A DNA stretch of 45,282 nt from an uncultured Deferribacteres bacterium (GTDB lineage Bacteria > Zhuqueibacterota > Zhuqueibacteria > Zhuqueibacterales > Geothermadaptataceae), in NCBI GenBank assembly GCA_964014485.1, contig CAXHAT010000043.1, positions 1 to 45,282 of the forward strand, in the 5' to 3' direction. Numbering within the stretch: the stretch's first letter is position 1; each line of letters begins with the position of its first letter. A model generated the notes under the pieces. That model was not told where the DNA came from. It did no database searches and was given only the letters and a program-made list of their open reading frames with translations. Positions 19,279 through 29,900 of the stretch are shown piece by piece. The translations under genes and the position numbers were made by a program.

Positions 19279-19401
19279 GTCCTTGAATCAGAATTGAAGT
19301 ACGGGAGACATCTTTACGTCTCATTGAAATTACACCCTGAAAGTTGCGACAGAATGCTCATGGAACTTGAAATCACACAACCCGCTCTTTTACATTTTCC
19401 C

Positions 19402-19430
19402 TTGACATTTCGTCGCTCGGGCAATATCAT
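19402..19430 (+). promoter_or_regulatory. Sigma-70 promoter
   Basis: TTGACA-N17-TATCAT. Confidence 0.65.
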
Positions 19431-19716
19431 TCAATCATTCTGGAAATAAGATAATGTGATTGATCCGCGAGGGTAACGAGTGCCGACCATTCCGCCTAGA
19501 AAAACTGCTTTTCCGAAACTGCTCGATCAGGCTTAGATTATTTCGCAGAGAATGAAGGAATAAAAAAAGAGTTTGAGAATTGTTTTATAGTGAAGCTGTT
19601 GAACAGTAACTACAAGATGGAATCAGTTGGCATTTACAACCCAAGAGCTTTTCATTTCAGCAACGACACTGATTATCATCCGGCCTAAATATTCTTTATT
19701 TTTTAGAGGAAAGCAG

Positions 19717-19956
19717 ATGTTCGGCTTCTTGATAGGATGTATAATTGGGATAGTCATAGTACGAGCATTTTTTTTAGATGAGATTGAAGTAATAGGCTTT
19801 GATCTATTTTGGGAAAGTGCGAAAGAAGGAAAACTCTCTTTTGATCGAGAAACAATCCTTAACTCTTCAAGCTTTATGAAGTGTTGTATAGGGTTTATAA
19901 TTGGCGGTCTAATTGGCCGTGCTGCTCAAAACAGTATATCCGAGGATGACGAATAA
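19717..19956 (+). CDS. Small hypothetical membrane protein (two hydrophobic segments), AT-rich
   Basis: GAGGA RBS then ATG at 19717; Gly-rich hydrophobic segments at both ends. Confidence 0.6.
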   Translation: MFGFLIGCIIGIVIVRAFFLDEIEVIGFDLFWESAKEGKLSFDRETILNSSSFMKCCIGFIIGGLIGRAAQNSISEDDE

Positions 19957-20199
19957 TAAAACACCAATATTTCTCTTGAGGATAGAAATGACCCGGTATT
20001 TATAGACATTGCTCTATGATGGTTTCCTCTATCTTTAACCAGCTTTGCAGTAGGCAATCTGATGAAATGAAAACGCCGAAATCACTCTTTGCCCATTAGC
20101 GCCCAAATAGGGGAGTGGTCGAGAAATGTTTTGACCGGCATTAGAAAGGTTAGCGGTTCGAATTAGCAGAATTCTCATATTTTACAATTGGACTTCACT

Positions 20200-20365
20200 A
20201 TGAAGTTAAGCGTTACGACTCACGAAAAACAGTCCAAACAGGATCGCGCTTGCTGGTAAATCTTGACGCCGGAAGAACGATTGGATATTGTCGAACAACT
20301 CCGGCTTGAAGCAGGAAAATTTTTGTATGAATATCCATCCTGACCTCACAGATTTGTTACATTGT
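20200..20365 (+). pseudogene. Decayed small gene resembling putative antitoxins found beside nucleotidyltransferase genes
   Basis: MKLSVTTHEKQSKQDRACW*ILTPEERLDIVEQLRLEAGKFLYEYPS*: the W..TPEERL..VE.LR motif is interrupted by stops; family recognised from memory. Confidence 0.5.
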
Positions 20366-20570
20366 CGTCCCGGTTAAGTTTGTGCGACGCCGCGCGCGCC
20401 GGAGTTTAGTGTTAGCGCACTTAAACCGGAATTGTTGTTGTTTATTTACAAAATAAGAGAGAGATTGAACGTCCCTGTTTTTTTGAGCGGCCAGACCCTG
20501 GTTATCAGGGAAGGCGGTTCAAAACCGGAGGTTGGTTTGAAGACTTGCACGAATCATTTTGAGGCTGATT

Positions 20571-20876
20571 ATGGTTATAACATTAACATCTGAGCTTGAG
20601 CAAGCTCTCAATGAACTCGCCAAAAAACAGGGGATGACCATCGAATCGCTTGCCCTAAAAACACTTCAGGAACATTTACCCATCCAAAATACAAGATCGG
20701 CGCAGGAAATTTCCCGGAAAAATCAAAATGCACAAACATTGGCTGACTCATTAGCGGGGTACGTCGGCGTTATCGACAGCGGCGAGATTATCGAAGGCGG
20801 CGCTCAAATGTCAAAAAACACCGGCAACAAATTCGCTGACATTTTGCTTGAAAAACGGCTTCGGGGAAAATTATGA
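20571..20876 (+). CDS. Putative antitoxin (ribbon-helix-helix-like N-terminus)
   Basis: ITLTSELEQALNELAKKQGMT; ATGA overlap with the PIN gene. Confidence 0.75.
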   Translation: MVITLTSELEQALNELAKKQGMTIESLALKTLQEHLPIQNTRSAQEISRKNQNAQTLADSLAGYVGVIDSGEIIEGGAQMSKNTGNKFADILLEKRLRGKL

Positions 20877-21283
20877 TATTGACTGACGCCGGGCCTTTAA
20901 TCGCTCTGCTCGACAAAAGAGACGGCTGTCATCAAATCTGTGTTGATGCGCTGGCGTTACTGCCTGCTGAACCAATGTTGACAACCTGGCCGTGTTTTAC
21001 TGAAGCAATGCATATTCTGGGGGCAGTGAACGGCTACCGGTATCAATCAAGACTTTGGCGGTTTATAGAAGGCGGGAAGCTCCGCATTCACGACTTGACA
21101 GCAGCCGAAATCAAAAAGATGAACGCTTTGATGAAAAAATATCAGGATACGCCAATGGATTTAGCCGACGCTTCACTCATTGTCGCAGCTGATAGTTTGA
21201 GTTTCAAACAGATTTTCACAATTGACAGCGATTTCCGTTTTTACCGGCTTTCAGATGATTCAGTACTGGAACTATTGCCGTAA
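20873..21283 (+). CDS. VapC/PIN-domain toxin
   Basis: ILTDAGPLIAL, TEA, MDLADASLI, FTIDSDF. Confidence 0.92.
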   Translation: MILTDAGPLIALLDKRDGCHQICVDALALLPAEPMLTTWPCFTEAMHILGAVNGYRYQSRLWRFIEGGKLRIHDLTAAEIKKMNALMKKYQDTPMDLADASLIVAADSLSFKQIFTIDSDFRFYRLSDDSVLELLP

Positions 21284-21376
21284 TTTCTTGATTGCCACTA
21301 TTGCGTTATCATCGGCACGTCGCAATCCGTTGAAGCCGCCGTTTCGCATCCTGCAAAAATCTTGCGCTCTGAATCA

Positions 21377-21679
21377 CTAACACCCGGACAAGACTTTCGG
21401 CATCAGATTCCGCCGAATTCTGTACTCGATTCCATTCTTAATCTCAAAGAATACGCGATTGATAATGCGCTTCAGGGAGCGGTCGAACCCATGCGTTAAG
21501 AAGTAGACCGGGCACCCTTTGGGGTTGGAGAAGTCATCGAACAAGAGATCATCGGACGAGCAGACCTGCTTAAAGTTTTGAATATATTTAAGCGGAATTT
21601 TACGCTCCAATTTCGCCTTGATAAAAGCGCAGCACAAGCTTATATCTCTCCTGCATTTTACAACATTCGTTCTAACCAC
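21377..21679 (-). CDS. Hypothetical protein or gene fragment
   Basis: 100-codon ORF filling an intergenic gap; no motif recognised and the start is doubtful. Confidence 0.25.
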   Translation of the reverse strand: MVRTNVVKCRRDISLCCAFIKAKLERKIPLKYIQNFKQVCSSDDLLFDDFSNPKGCPVYFLTHGFDRSLKRIINRVFFEIKNGIEYRIRRNLMPKVLSGC

Positions 21680-21689
21680 GCCGAACGGT

Positions 21690-21718
21690 TTGACACTTGC
21701 CGCCCCGCCAACTATATT
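21690..21718 (+). promoter_or_regulatory. Sigma-70 promoter of the TRAP genes
   Basis: TTGACA-N17-TATATT, then a GGAGG RBS before the GTG at 21767. Confidence 0.7.
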
Positions 21719-21766
21719 GCCTTAAGTTTATCGGCTCATCACTGATCAAGCAAAGCGGAGGCGTGT

Positions 21767-22306
21767 GTGAATTTTCTGCAAGGGGTGATTCGATTTCTGG
21801 ATGCTGTCAGCGAATACAGCGGACGGGCGGTTTCATGGCTCACCGCCGCTATGGTTGCCGTCGTCTGCTTCGATGTGGTGACGCGGTATTTTTTAAAAAG
21901 CAGCAGCGTGGCTGTCGCTGAGTTGGAGTGGCATCTGTTCGCGATCATTTTCCTGCTCGGGGCCGCTTATACGCTCAAACACGACCGCCACGTGCGCGTT
22001 GACGTGCTCTACACCAGATTCTCGCCAAAGCAAAAAGCGTGGGTCGATCTCCTCGGCTGCTTGATTTTTCTCATTCCGTTTTGTCTGCTCGTTTTCTGGT
22101 TTTCACAGACTTTTGTCAGCAATGCTTTCACGATTCGGGAGACCTCCCCCGATCCCGGCGGTTTGCCTGCGCGTTATATTTTGAAAGCGTGCATCCCGCT
22201 TGGCTTCTTTTTGGTTTTTCTCCAGGGCCTGTCCGGCGCGCTCAAAAGTATTCACACGATCCGCACAGGCGGGGCGGCAACGCAGGAGGCGACGCAAAAT
22301 GTCTGA
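21767..22306 (+). CDS. dctQ: TRAP transporter small permease
   Basis: DVVTRYF, ELEWHLF, HVRVDV, ETSPDPGGL; four TM segments. Confidence 0.92.
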   Translation: MNFLQGVIRFLDAVSEYSGRAVSWLTAAMVAVVCFDVVTRYFLKSSSVAVAELEWHLFAIIFLLGAAYTLKHDRHVRVDVLYTRFSPKQKAWVDLLGCLIFLIPFCLLVFWFSQTFVSNAFTIRETSPDPGGLPARYILKACIPLGFFLVFLQGLSGALKSIHTIRTGGAATQEATQNV

Positions 22307-23624
22307 CCCAATACTCGCGCTGATTCTCTTCGGACTGGTTTTCGTCTTTTTGTTGGCGGGCTTCCCGGTGGCTTTTACCATCGGCGGCTTGTCCCTTCTT
22401 TTCGGCCTGATCACGCTTGGCCCGACGTTTATCAACATCATTCCGCTACGCATTTGGGGGATCATGGACAATTACGTTTTGATCGCCGTGCCGTTGTTCG
22501 TTTTCATGGGCGTAATGCTGGAGAAGTCAGGGCTGGCGGAGGAGCTTTTGGAGACGATGGCGCTGCTTTTTGGACGCATTCGCGGCGGGCTTGCCGCTTC
22601 GGTCATTGTGGTCGGGGCGTTGTTGGCGGCATCCACCGGCATCGTCGGCGCGACGGTCGTGACGATGGGACTTCTGAGCCTTCCCACCATGCTGCGGCGC
22701 GGCTACCGTCCCGAGATCGCGACAGGCACCATCGCGGCGTCAGGCACGCTGGGACAGATCATTCCGCCAAGCATTGTGCTCATTTTGTTGGGGCACGTGA
22801 TGAACGTGCCGATTGGCGAAATGTTTTTGGGCGCGGTAATTCCGGGATTCGTTCTGGTGGGGCTTTATCTGGTCTGGGTTCTTGTGAGCGCGCTGGTCAA
22901 GCCTGATTCCGCCCCGGCCATGCCGGTTGAGGAACTGAAAAAGTTCACCGGTTCCGTCGCCGTCAAGCGTGTTTTTAAAGCGTTTATTCCGCCGTTTTTT
23001 TTGATTCTCGCCGTGCTCGGCTCCATTTTCGCTGGAATCGCCTCGCCCACGGAGGCCGCAGCGGTTGGCGCTTTGGGCGCTACGCTTTTGACGGTGGTGC
23101 AAGGAAAGTTCAATCTCAAAACGCTCACCGCCGTTATGCGAGAGACCACTTTTTTGACCAGCATGGTTTTTATCATCCTGGTCGGCGCGACGGTTTTTAC
23201 GCTGGTGTTCCGGCAGTTACAAGGCGACGACTACATTTCCAATCTGATTATCGGCGCGAATCTCTCCCCGAACGTTTTTTTGGCGCTGGTGATGATCGTG
23301 ATTTTCCTGATGGGCTTTTTCATCGACTTCATCGAAATCACTTTCATCGTTGTTCCGATCATCACGCCGATTTTTGAGCATTTAGGGGTGAGCTTGTTGT
23401 GGGTGGGCATTCTGGTGGCGATGAATCTGCAAACGTCGTTTCTTACGCCGCCGTTCGGTTTCTCCCTGTTCTATCTCAAGGGCGTCGCTCCCCCCGAAGT
23501 CAGCACAAGCCACATTTACAGCGGCATTATTCCGTTCATCGTCATCCAGATTATCGCCCTGGCGCTGGTGATTTTTTTCCCGGAAACGGCGACGTGGCTG
23601 CCAAACAAATTTTTGGGCGGGTGA
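22299..23624 (+). CDS. dctM: TRAP transporter large permease
   Basis: AVPLFVFMG, ASGTLGQIIPPS, PTEAAAVG, TPPFG; ATG at 22299 behind GGAGG overlaps the dctQ stop. Confidence 0.94.
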   Translation: MSDPILALILFGLVFVFLLAGFPVAFTIGGLSLLFGLITLGPTFINIIPLRIWGIMDNYVLIAVPLFVFMGVMLEKSGLAEELLETMALLFGRIRGGLAASVIVVGALLAASTGIVGATVVTMGLLSLPTMLRRGYRPEIATGTIAASGTLGQIIPPSIVLILLGHVMNVPIGEMFLGAVIPGFVLVGLYLVWVLVSALVKPDSAPAMPVEELKKFTGSVAVKRVFKAFIPPFFLILAVLGSIFAGIASPTEAAAVGALGATLLTVVQGKFNLKTLTAVMRETTFLTSMVFIILVGATVFTLVFRQLQGDDYISNLIIGANLSPNVFLALVMIVIFLMGFFIDFIEITFIVVPIITPIFEHLGVSLLWVGILVAMNLQTSFLTPPFGFSLFYLKGVAPPEVSTSHIYSGIIPFIVIQIIALALVIFFPETATWLPNKFLGG

Positions 23625-23678
23625 TTGGGCACTTATAATATTAATTCTCTATGATTCTCCATCTCCTTCTCTGTATTA

Positions 23679-23738
23679 TCATTCTGAAAGAATCTTTGTT
23701 ATCCTGAGCTCGCGATGACAAAGATTCTTTCAGAATGA
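23679..23738. repeat. 21-bp perfect-stem hairpin between convergent genes (REP-derived, possible terminator)
   Basis: tcattctgaaagaatctttgt / acaaagattctttcagaatga. Confidence 0.7.
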
Positions 23739-23754
23739 CATGTGAGGGGGCCGT

Positions 23755-24561
23755 TTATTTTCCATCCTGAAGAATTTGGATCTCAACCTTCCGAAATTCT
23801 AACGGGTGACTCTCCGCCTGCAGAGCGATCCAGCCTTCGCTCACCATTTTGGGCGCGCCGTTTTGCAGCAACCTTTGCGCGTCGGGATCGTTTTCGTCCA
23901 ACTGCGATTGTTCGTATTCGAGCACGGTTTCGCCGTTGATCATGTGCCGAATCAGTCCATTGCCGCGCACTTCAACCTCTGATGTCACCCACCCATCGCC
24001 GTGAAAAGTCGGCGAACTTGAGTTGATGCAATGCTGTTTCACCAATTCGCCGTTCATTACCACGTGCGTGCCCGGCGTGCAAAGATTGCCGGTCGCGCGT
24101 TCATCAGTTCCATTGCCGCCCAGGAATTGCGCTTCAATGGAAACGGGGAATTCCTGCTCGCGCGTCATGCTCTCAGGCGCCTGACAGTGCAACATCACGC
24201 CGCTGTTGCGAAACGCCCAGCCCGGCCCTTCCGGGGATTGTTCGCCTAAAAAACGATACTCGATGCGCAAGCGATAGTGCGAAAATTTGTCCTTGTAAAA
24301 CAGGTGCCCGAATTGCCCTTCAAACTTGTCGTATTGGTCGTAGGAAACTTTGATCACGCCGCCCTCAACGCGAAAAGTCTCGTTAAAATTTACACCCAAA
24401 TCATACCCGGAGAATTTGGGCGTCCAGCCGTCGAAATCTTTGCCGTTGAAAAGACTAATCCATTCGTTTTCCGTAGTCGGCGCGGGATTGTCATTTTCAT
24501 TGTTTGTGCATGAAGAAACCAACAAACTGAAAGCAATCGCAGAAAAAAGAGTCGCACGCAT
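23755..24561 (-). CDS. DUF1080 (3-keto-disaccharide hydrolase-like) lipoprotein
   Basis: LVSSC lipobox-like site; WISLFNGKDFDGW, NSGV, E.Q, GWIALQAE, FRKV motifs. Confidence 0.9.
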   Translation of the reverse strand: MRATLFSAIAFSLLVSSCTNNENDNPAPTTENEWISLFNGKDFDGWTPKFSGYDLGVNFNETFRVEGGVIKVSYDQYDKFEGQFGHLFYKDKFSHYRLRIEYRFLGEQSPEGPGWAFRNSGVMLHCQAPESMTREQEFPVSIEAQFLGGNGTDERATGNLCTPGTHVVMNGELVKQHCINSSSPTFHGDGWVTSEVEVRGNGLIRHMINGETVLEYEQSQLDENDPDAQRLLQNGAPKMVSEGWIALQAESHPLEFRKVEIQILQDGK

Positions 24562-24595
24562 TTTGAGCCGCCTAATTGAAAAGTTAGTTTGTCTA

Positions 24596-24674
24596 TTTTT
24601 GACTGGATCGACAGGATTAACGGGATAAAAAAACGAGAAGACAATCCGGTCGATCCCGTTAATCCCGTCAAAAA
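24596..24674. repeat. Intergenic inverted repeat (GACAGGATT family)
   Basis: tttttgactggatcgacaggattaacgggat ... atccggtcgatcccgttaatcccgtcaaaaa. Confidence 0.75.
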
Positions 24675-24700
24675 CTCCCCTTTCCAATCGTCAGAAGGGT

Positions 24701-25882
24701 TCATTTTTGAGCTTCCGCAACAATGATTTCCCGCAAAAGGTCGGTTCCGGCTTGCCCGAGATTCAGCGCGCCGCGATTGTAATTGCGAAAAAGAATCACG
24801 CCGATTGTGCTGGCCGGATCAAAGGCGTGGTAAACATTGTAGCCCGCCACACTGCCGCCGTGCCCGACGATTTTCAGCCCGTTTTCGCTCATTCGGATGG
24901 AAAAGCCCAAGCCATAGCCGCGCGTCGAATCTTCCGGCGTTTGAATCTTCATTATTTCCGCCAGACTGCCGTCGAGCATGAGACGATGCGGATAAGCTTT
25001 ACATAGGCTGGAAATCCAGTTTGCCAAATCGCCGACGGTGGTGTAAACGCCGCCGTTCGGCACTTTGTAGCCGCGCCCGGCGTGTTCTTTTGCGGGCAAG
25101 GCCGTATCCACGCTGTCGCCGCGATTGGCGTAGCCCACGGCGAGTCGATCTTGCAATTCTTCCGGCAAAATGAATGCGCTGCTCGTCATTTCCAGCGGAT
25201 CGAACGTTTGTTCCTGCACCAAGTCCATGAACGGTTTATCAGCCGCGCGCGCGATGGCAAGACCAAGTATGCCGTAGCCGATGTTGCTGTACTGGTATTT
25301 TTCGCCGGGAGCGTTTGGGAAGGAAGTGGCGGGAATCGAAGCAAGAATCTTGTTTTCCCATTCCGAAATCGGGCCGGCGGCGGCATTAAAAAGCAAAGGT
25401 TCGCGAATGAGCCCCGCCGTGTGTGAAGCCAATTGCCGGAAAGTGACCGGCGGATGCTTGTCGTAGCCGTGCAGATTTTTGATCTCCGGAAAATAGTTTT
25501 CCACAGGATCGTCGAGCGCAAAAACGCCTTGATCAACCAATTGCATCATCGCGACCGCGGTGACGGATTTTGAAATGGAGCCAATGCGATAAATCGTGTT
25601 TTCGTTTGCCGGAATTTTCTGCGCTTTGTCCGCCCAACCAAAGGATTGGCTCAGGGCAACCCGTCCGTTTTTGACAATCGCGACCGTCATCCCGCCAACG
25701 TCGTCCGCCGCGACGGCGCTATCGAATTTTGCGAAATGTAGCGTCGCAATTTGAGCCGCCGTTGGACTGAGCGCACTTTCACGCTCGGCTTTTGGAGCAC
25801 AGGCTGAAAGCAGGCCAAAAACGAGCGCCGCCGACAGCAGTCGTTCGAGAGCGTTTCGAACCGCCGTTCTCATTAAGTTCAT
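24701..25882 (-). CDS. Beta-lactamase-family serine hydrolase lipoprotein
   Basis: SISK, YSN and HGG motifs; LSAC lipobox; start codon uncertain. Confidence 0.9.
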   Translation of the reverse strand: MNLMRTAVRNALERLLSAALVFGLLSACAPKAERESALSPTAAQIATLHFAKFDSAVAADDVGGMTVAIVKNGRVALSQSFGWADKAQKIPANENTIYRIGSISKSVTAVAMMQLVDQGVFALDDPVENYFPEIKNLHGYDKHPPVTFRQLASHTAGLIREPLLFNAAAGPISEWENKILASIPATSFPNAPGEKYQYSNIGYGILGLAIARAADKPFMDLVQEQTFDPLEMTSSAFILPEELQDRLAVGYANRGDSVDTALPAKEHAGRGYKVPNGGVYTTVGDLANWISSLCKAYPHRLMLDGSLAEIMKIQTPEDSTRGYGLGFSIRMSENGLKIVGHGGSVAGYNVYHAFDPASTIGVILFRNYNRGALNLGQAGTDLLREIIVAEAQK

Positions 25883-26120
25883 TTCTTCACCGTCTTGTCT
25901 CAAATTGTAAGAATATCATTGAAAATAGGCCGGGCTGTGTTTCAAACAAGAAAAACCGGCTAAGTCTGGCGGCAATTTTGGTCATGAAAGTCTCGCCTTT
26001 CACGAGCGTTAAATTTAATTCTGAGCATTTCGCAAGCGCATGCGATAAACCATGACTTTGGGCCTATCCCCAAACGTCGGAGTCAAACGCTGCAGCGTTT
26101 GAAAACTTGTTGCTGCCGCG

Positions 26121-26238
26121 GGGCTATCCAAAAACATGGCTTTTGAATGAATGACATTCCACATGTAGGGGTTCAAAATCTTGAACCTCTACGACATGTT
26201 GTGTAGCGCTTTGAAAATCTTATGTTTTAAGACAGTCC
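26121..26238. repeat. Degenerate TIR-bounded element enclosing a GTAG REP
   Basis: gtaggggttcaaaatcttgaacctctac (26165-26192) lies within gggctatccaaaaacat / atgttttaagacagtcc (13/17 match). Confidence 0.5.
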
Positions 26239-26313
26239 GATTCCGTAAATCAGCGCAGCAAAGTTCAAGTTCTCAGGGCGGCGGACAGGCTCTTATTTTG
26301 AAAAGTTGGAAAA

Positions 26314-26847
26314 ATGAGTAACGATTTACCGTATTTTGAAATCCCCGATTATCCGGAGTCCTGGGCGGCTCCAAATATTGTGGCGCGCTTTGTTGACGGT
26401 TTTGGTTTTCGTTTTTATTGGGCAACGGCAGACTTGGCCCCGGATGATTTTCAATTCAAACCGTCTGAAAATGCGCGAAGTATAGACGAAACGCTGCGGC
26501 ATATTCACAGCCTGACCGCCATGATTGAACACATACTTGCAGGCAAAAGCTATGTACTGCGCCAGCCCCCGGCGGAAGGAACCGCGGCGGAGATTCGAGC
26601 AAAAACGCTCCATGCCATTCAACGCATTAGCGACAAGCTTAAAAACGACGCTTCGATCAATTTTGAAGAGACGCCGATTAAATTTCAAACCAGCAAAAAA
26701 GACCTCGAGTATCCGTTTTGGCATGTGCTGAACGGCTTGCTCGCGGACGCAGTTTACCACGTCGGCCAGATTGTGAGCTTTCGGCGCACGCTGGGCAAAC
26801 CGATGGAAGAAGGCGTCAATGTATTTTTGGGAAAGAATCTGAAGTAA
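26314..26847 (+). CDS. DinB/YfiT-like protein
   Basis: RSIDETLRHI and DAVYHVGQI motifs. Confidence 0.8.
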   Translation: MSNDLPYFEIPDYPESWAAPNIVARFVDGFGFRFYWATADLAPDDFQFKPSENARSIDETLRHIHSLTAMIEHILAGKSYVLRQPPAEGTAAEIRAKTLHAIQRISDKLKNDASINFEETPIKFQTSKKDLEYPFWHVLNGLLADAVYHVGQIVSFRRTLGKPMEEGVNVFLGKNLK

Positions 26848-26918
26848 ATCACTGTTGCAAGACGGCAAACCTCATTTTCAATTGGCGGCAAACCGCGAGA
26901 ACAAAGCCGGCTTTTTCG

Positions 26919-29900
26919 ATGTTCAAATCACATAAGTTCATTTGCTTCCTGCTCATCTCGCTTGCATTGCAAGGTTTTTGGCTCGCTGAAAATCGAGCGG
27001 CGCAAAAAAATATTCGCTTCAAGCATCTCACCATCGACGACGGCCTGTCGAACAATCAAGTTTATGTTTTCCTGCAAGATCGGCACGGCTTTATCTGGAT
27101 GGGCACGCAGGACGGCTTGAACCGTTACGACGGTCAAGGTTTTCGCATTTATCAGAACGATCCCGCCGATTCAACCTCGCTCAGTCGCAACTGGATCATG
27201 GATTTGGCTGAAGATGATGACGGTAAAATTTGGATCGCGACGCAGGGGGGCGGCCTGAATGTTTTTGATCCTGTCACAGAGAAATTTAAAGCTTATCGAT
27301 TCGACGCCAACGATCCAACCAGCCTTGGTCATGACCGTATCATTGAGCTTTATTTTGACAGCGACAATACGCTTTGGATAGGAACGGCGGGAGGCGGGAT
27401 AAATCGTTTTGACCGCGAAACCGGGAGTTTTGTACGCTATCTGCACGATCCTGAGATAGAAGGCGGACTGCCGCACAATACCGTCCGCCGGATTATTGAA
27501 GACCCGTCCGACCCGGATATTTTGTGGGCGGCGACTTTTGACGGACTTAGTTTCTTCAACAAAAAAGACCCGGTCTTGCGATTCAAAACGTATCGTATTG
27601 AAGACAATGCATCTGGCTCGGCTAATGATAAGGAATTCCATGCCGCTTATTTTGATAACGAGAAGACATTTTGGATTGGGACGGCAAATAACGGGCTTTA
27701 TCAATTCGATACGAAAATAGAAAAGTTTAGTGTTTTTCACGGGGCCAATGAAGGTTTTCAACAAACCTACCTTTATGATATTCTGCAAGACAGCGCCGGG
27801 GATTTGTGGGCGGCGACGATAGGGAACGGATTGTTTCGATTTAAGGAAGGAATGCCCCAACCTGAGATTTATCAACACGATCCCGCGGATGGGAATACGC
27901 TTTCAACCAATTCCATTAATACAGTTTTTGAAGATCGATCCGGCCTGATTTGGGTGGGAACATCCGGCGGCGGCGTGGACATTTATGACCGGCGCAGTGA
28001 AAAAGTCGCTTTGTATCGCCACGATCCGGACGCACCCAAAAGTTTGAGCAGCGACATTGTTTATGATATTGATGAAGATGACGAACGCAATCTCTGGATA
28101 GGCGGCGAGGGCGGTCTCAATAAATTTGATCGCGCAACAGGGGGGTTTGAGCAGGTCTTAATGACCGCGAGCACGCCCGACGGCGCCAGTCCGCAAACGG
28201 TGTATGCACTGATGATCGATCGCCGAGATAATGTCTGGGTGAGCGGGGCTTTGGCGCTTGATCGTTTGAATATTTTGACAGGCGAATATATTTCCTACCG
28301 CAACTTTCCTGAAAATCCGCACAGTATGGCGGAGACGGTTTATTTGCCGACCGTAGAAGATCAGAATGACGCGATTTGGGTCGGCACCTGGGGCGACGGC
28401 GTTTACAGACTCGACGCCGATCAGCGCGACTTGCCGCCGCGTGCAGCGAAATTTCGCCAGTACAAACACGATCCCGCTGATCCGAACAGTTTGAGCGCGG
28501 ATCGCATTCAGCCCATGCTTGTGGATCGCGTCGGGAATCTTTGGATCGGTACGGCGGACGGGGGGCTCAACAAATACAATCCTGAATCGGATAATTTCAC
28601 GCGCTATGCGTCCGACTCGAAAAAGCCGAGCGGATTGAGCGGTAATTATGTACGCTGTCTCCTCGAAGATCGCAACGGCTTTCTGTGGATCGGCACCTAT
28701 GGCGGCGGCTTGAATCGTTTCGATCCGCGAACTGAGGAATTCCTCCATTTTCGTAAAAAGGACGGCTTCCCTGATGACGTCATCATGAGCATTTTGGAAG
28801 ATGACGCAGGATTGCTCTGGGTTTGCACGAGCAAAACGATCACGCGATTCGACCCGAATTCCGGCCACCTGCGCGTTTATGATCAAAATGACGGCGTGCA
28901 AACCGGCGAGTTCAATTCCGCCCACTTCAAAAGCCCGCGAACGGGCGAGTTTTTTTTTGGCGGGAAAAAAGGTTTTAACGCATTTTTCCCCCAAGCGCTG
29001 CGAGCGATTGACGCCAAAGCGCCGCCAGTTGCGATCACGAATTTTGAAAAGTATAACGTGCAAAATGACGCCGGTTCCGCCATCCCCGTGAAGGGAATCG
29101 CTGAGCTCGATCAGGTCAAACTTTCCTACCAGGACAATATATTCTCCGTTAATTATGCAGCGCTTAGTTTCCGGAATCCTTCGCAGCACAAGTTCATGTA
29201 CAAATTGGAAGGCTTCAACGAAAACTGGATTTCGCAAGGGGCGCAAAACAGCGCAACGTTTACCAACCTTGATCCCGGCGATTATGTTTTTCGCGTGAAG
29301 GGCGCGGATGAGGAAAACGTTTGGGGGGAAGAAGGCGATGCGTTGAAAATCATTGTTTCCCCGCCGCCGTGGCGAACCTGGTGGGCCTACTCAATTTATT
29401 CGTTAACCGTTTTACTGGCGCTTTACGGCCTGCGGCGCTACGAAACCAACCGCATGGCGTTGAAGAATCGCTTGCAAATCGAACATGTGGAAGCGGAAAA
29501 ACTCAAGGAGTTGGATCATCTCAAGTCCCGCTTTTTCGCTAACATTTCGCATGAATTCCGCACGCCGTTGACGCTAATTTTGGCCCCGCTGGAAGAAAAG
29601 CTCGCTCGTGCTCGGAGCAAACAGGATCGACAGCTTTTTACAACGATGACGCGCAATGCCAAACGTTTGCTGCGGCTCATCAACCAATTGCTCGACCTTT
29701 CGCGTATCGAGTCAGGGAAAATGCAGCTTGCCGCGCGACGCACTGACTTGAGCGAATTCCTGCAACTCGCGATTTCCTATTTTGCTTCGGCGGCGGAGCA
29801 GCGTTCCATCGCGCTGACCTTTCACCCTCCGGAAGAAAAAATCAAAGTTTACCTCGATCTCGAAAAAATGGAGCAGGTGCTTTATAATTTGATTTCAAAC

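Noticed and set aside
20370..20420. Possible right half of an integron attC site (...ggagtttagtgttagcg)
   Set aside because: No complementary RYYYAAC left arm, no second site and no integrase seen
24701..25882. Antibiotic-resistance beta-lactamase call
   Set aside because: SxxK/YxN/HGG fits the broad serine hydrolase family; the KTG motif of AmpC is absent
24562..26918. Extended N-termini in the ORF track (24687 for DUF1080, 26718 for the sensor; likewise 14921 and 22200)
   Set aside because: They run through repeats or neighbouring genes; downstream ATGs give proper signal peptides or family-typical starts
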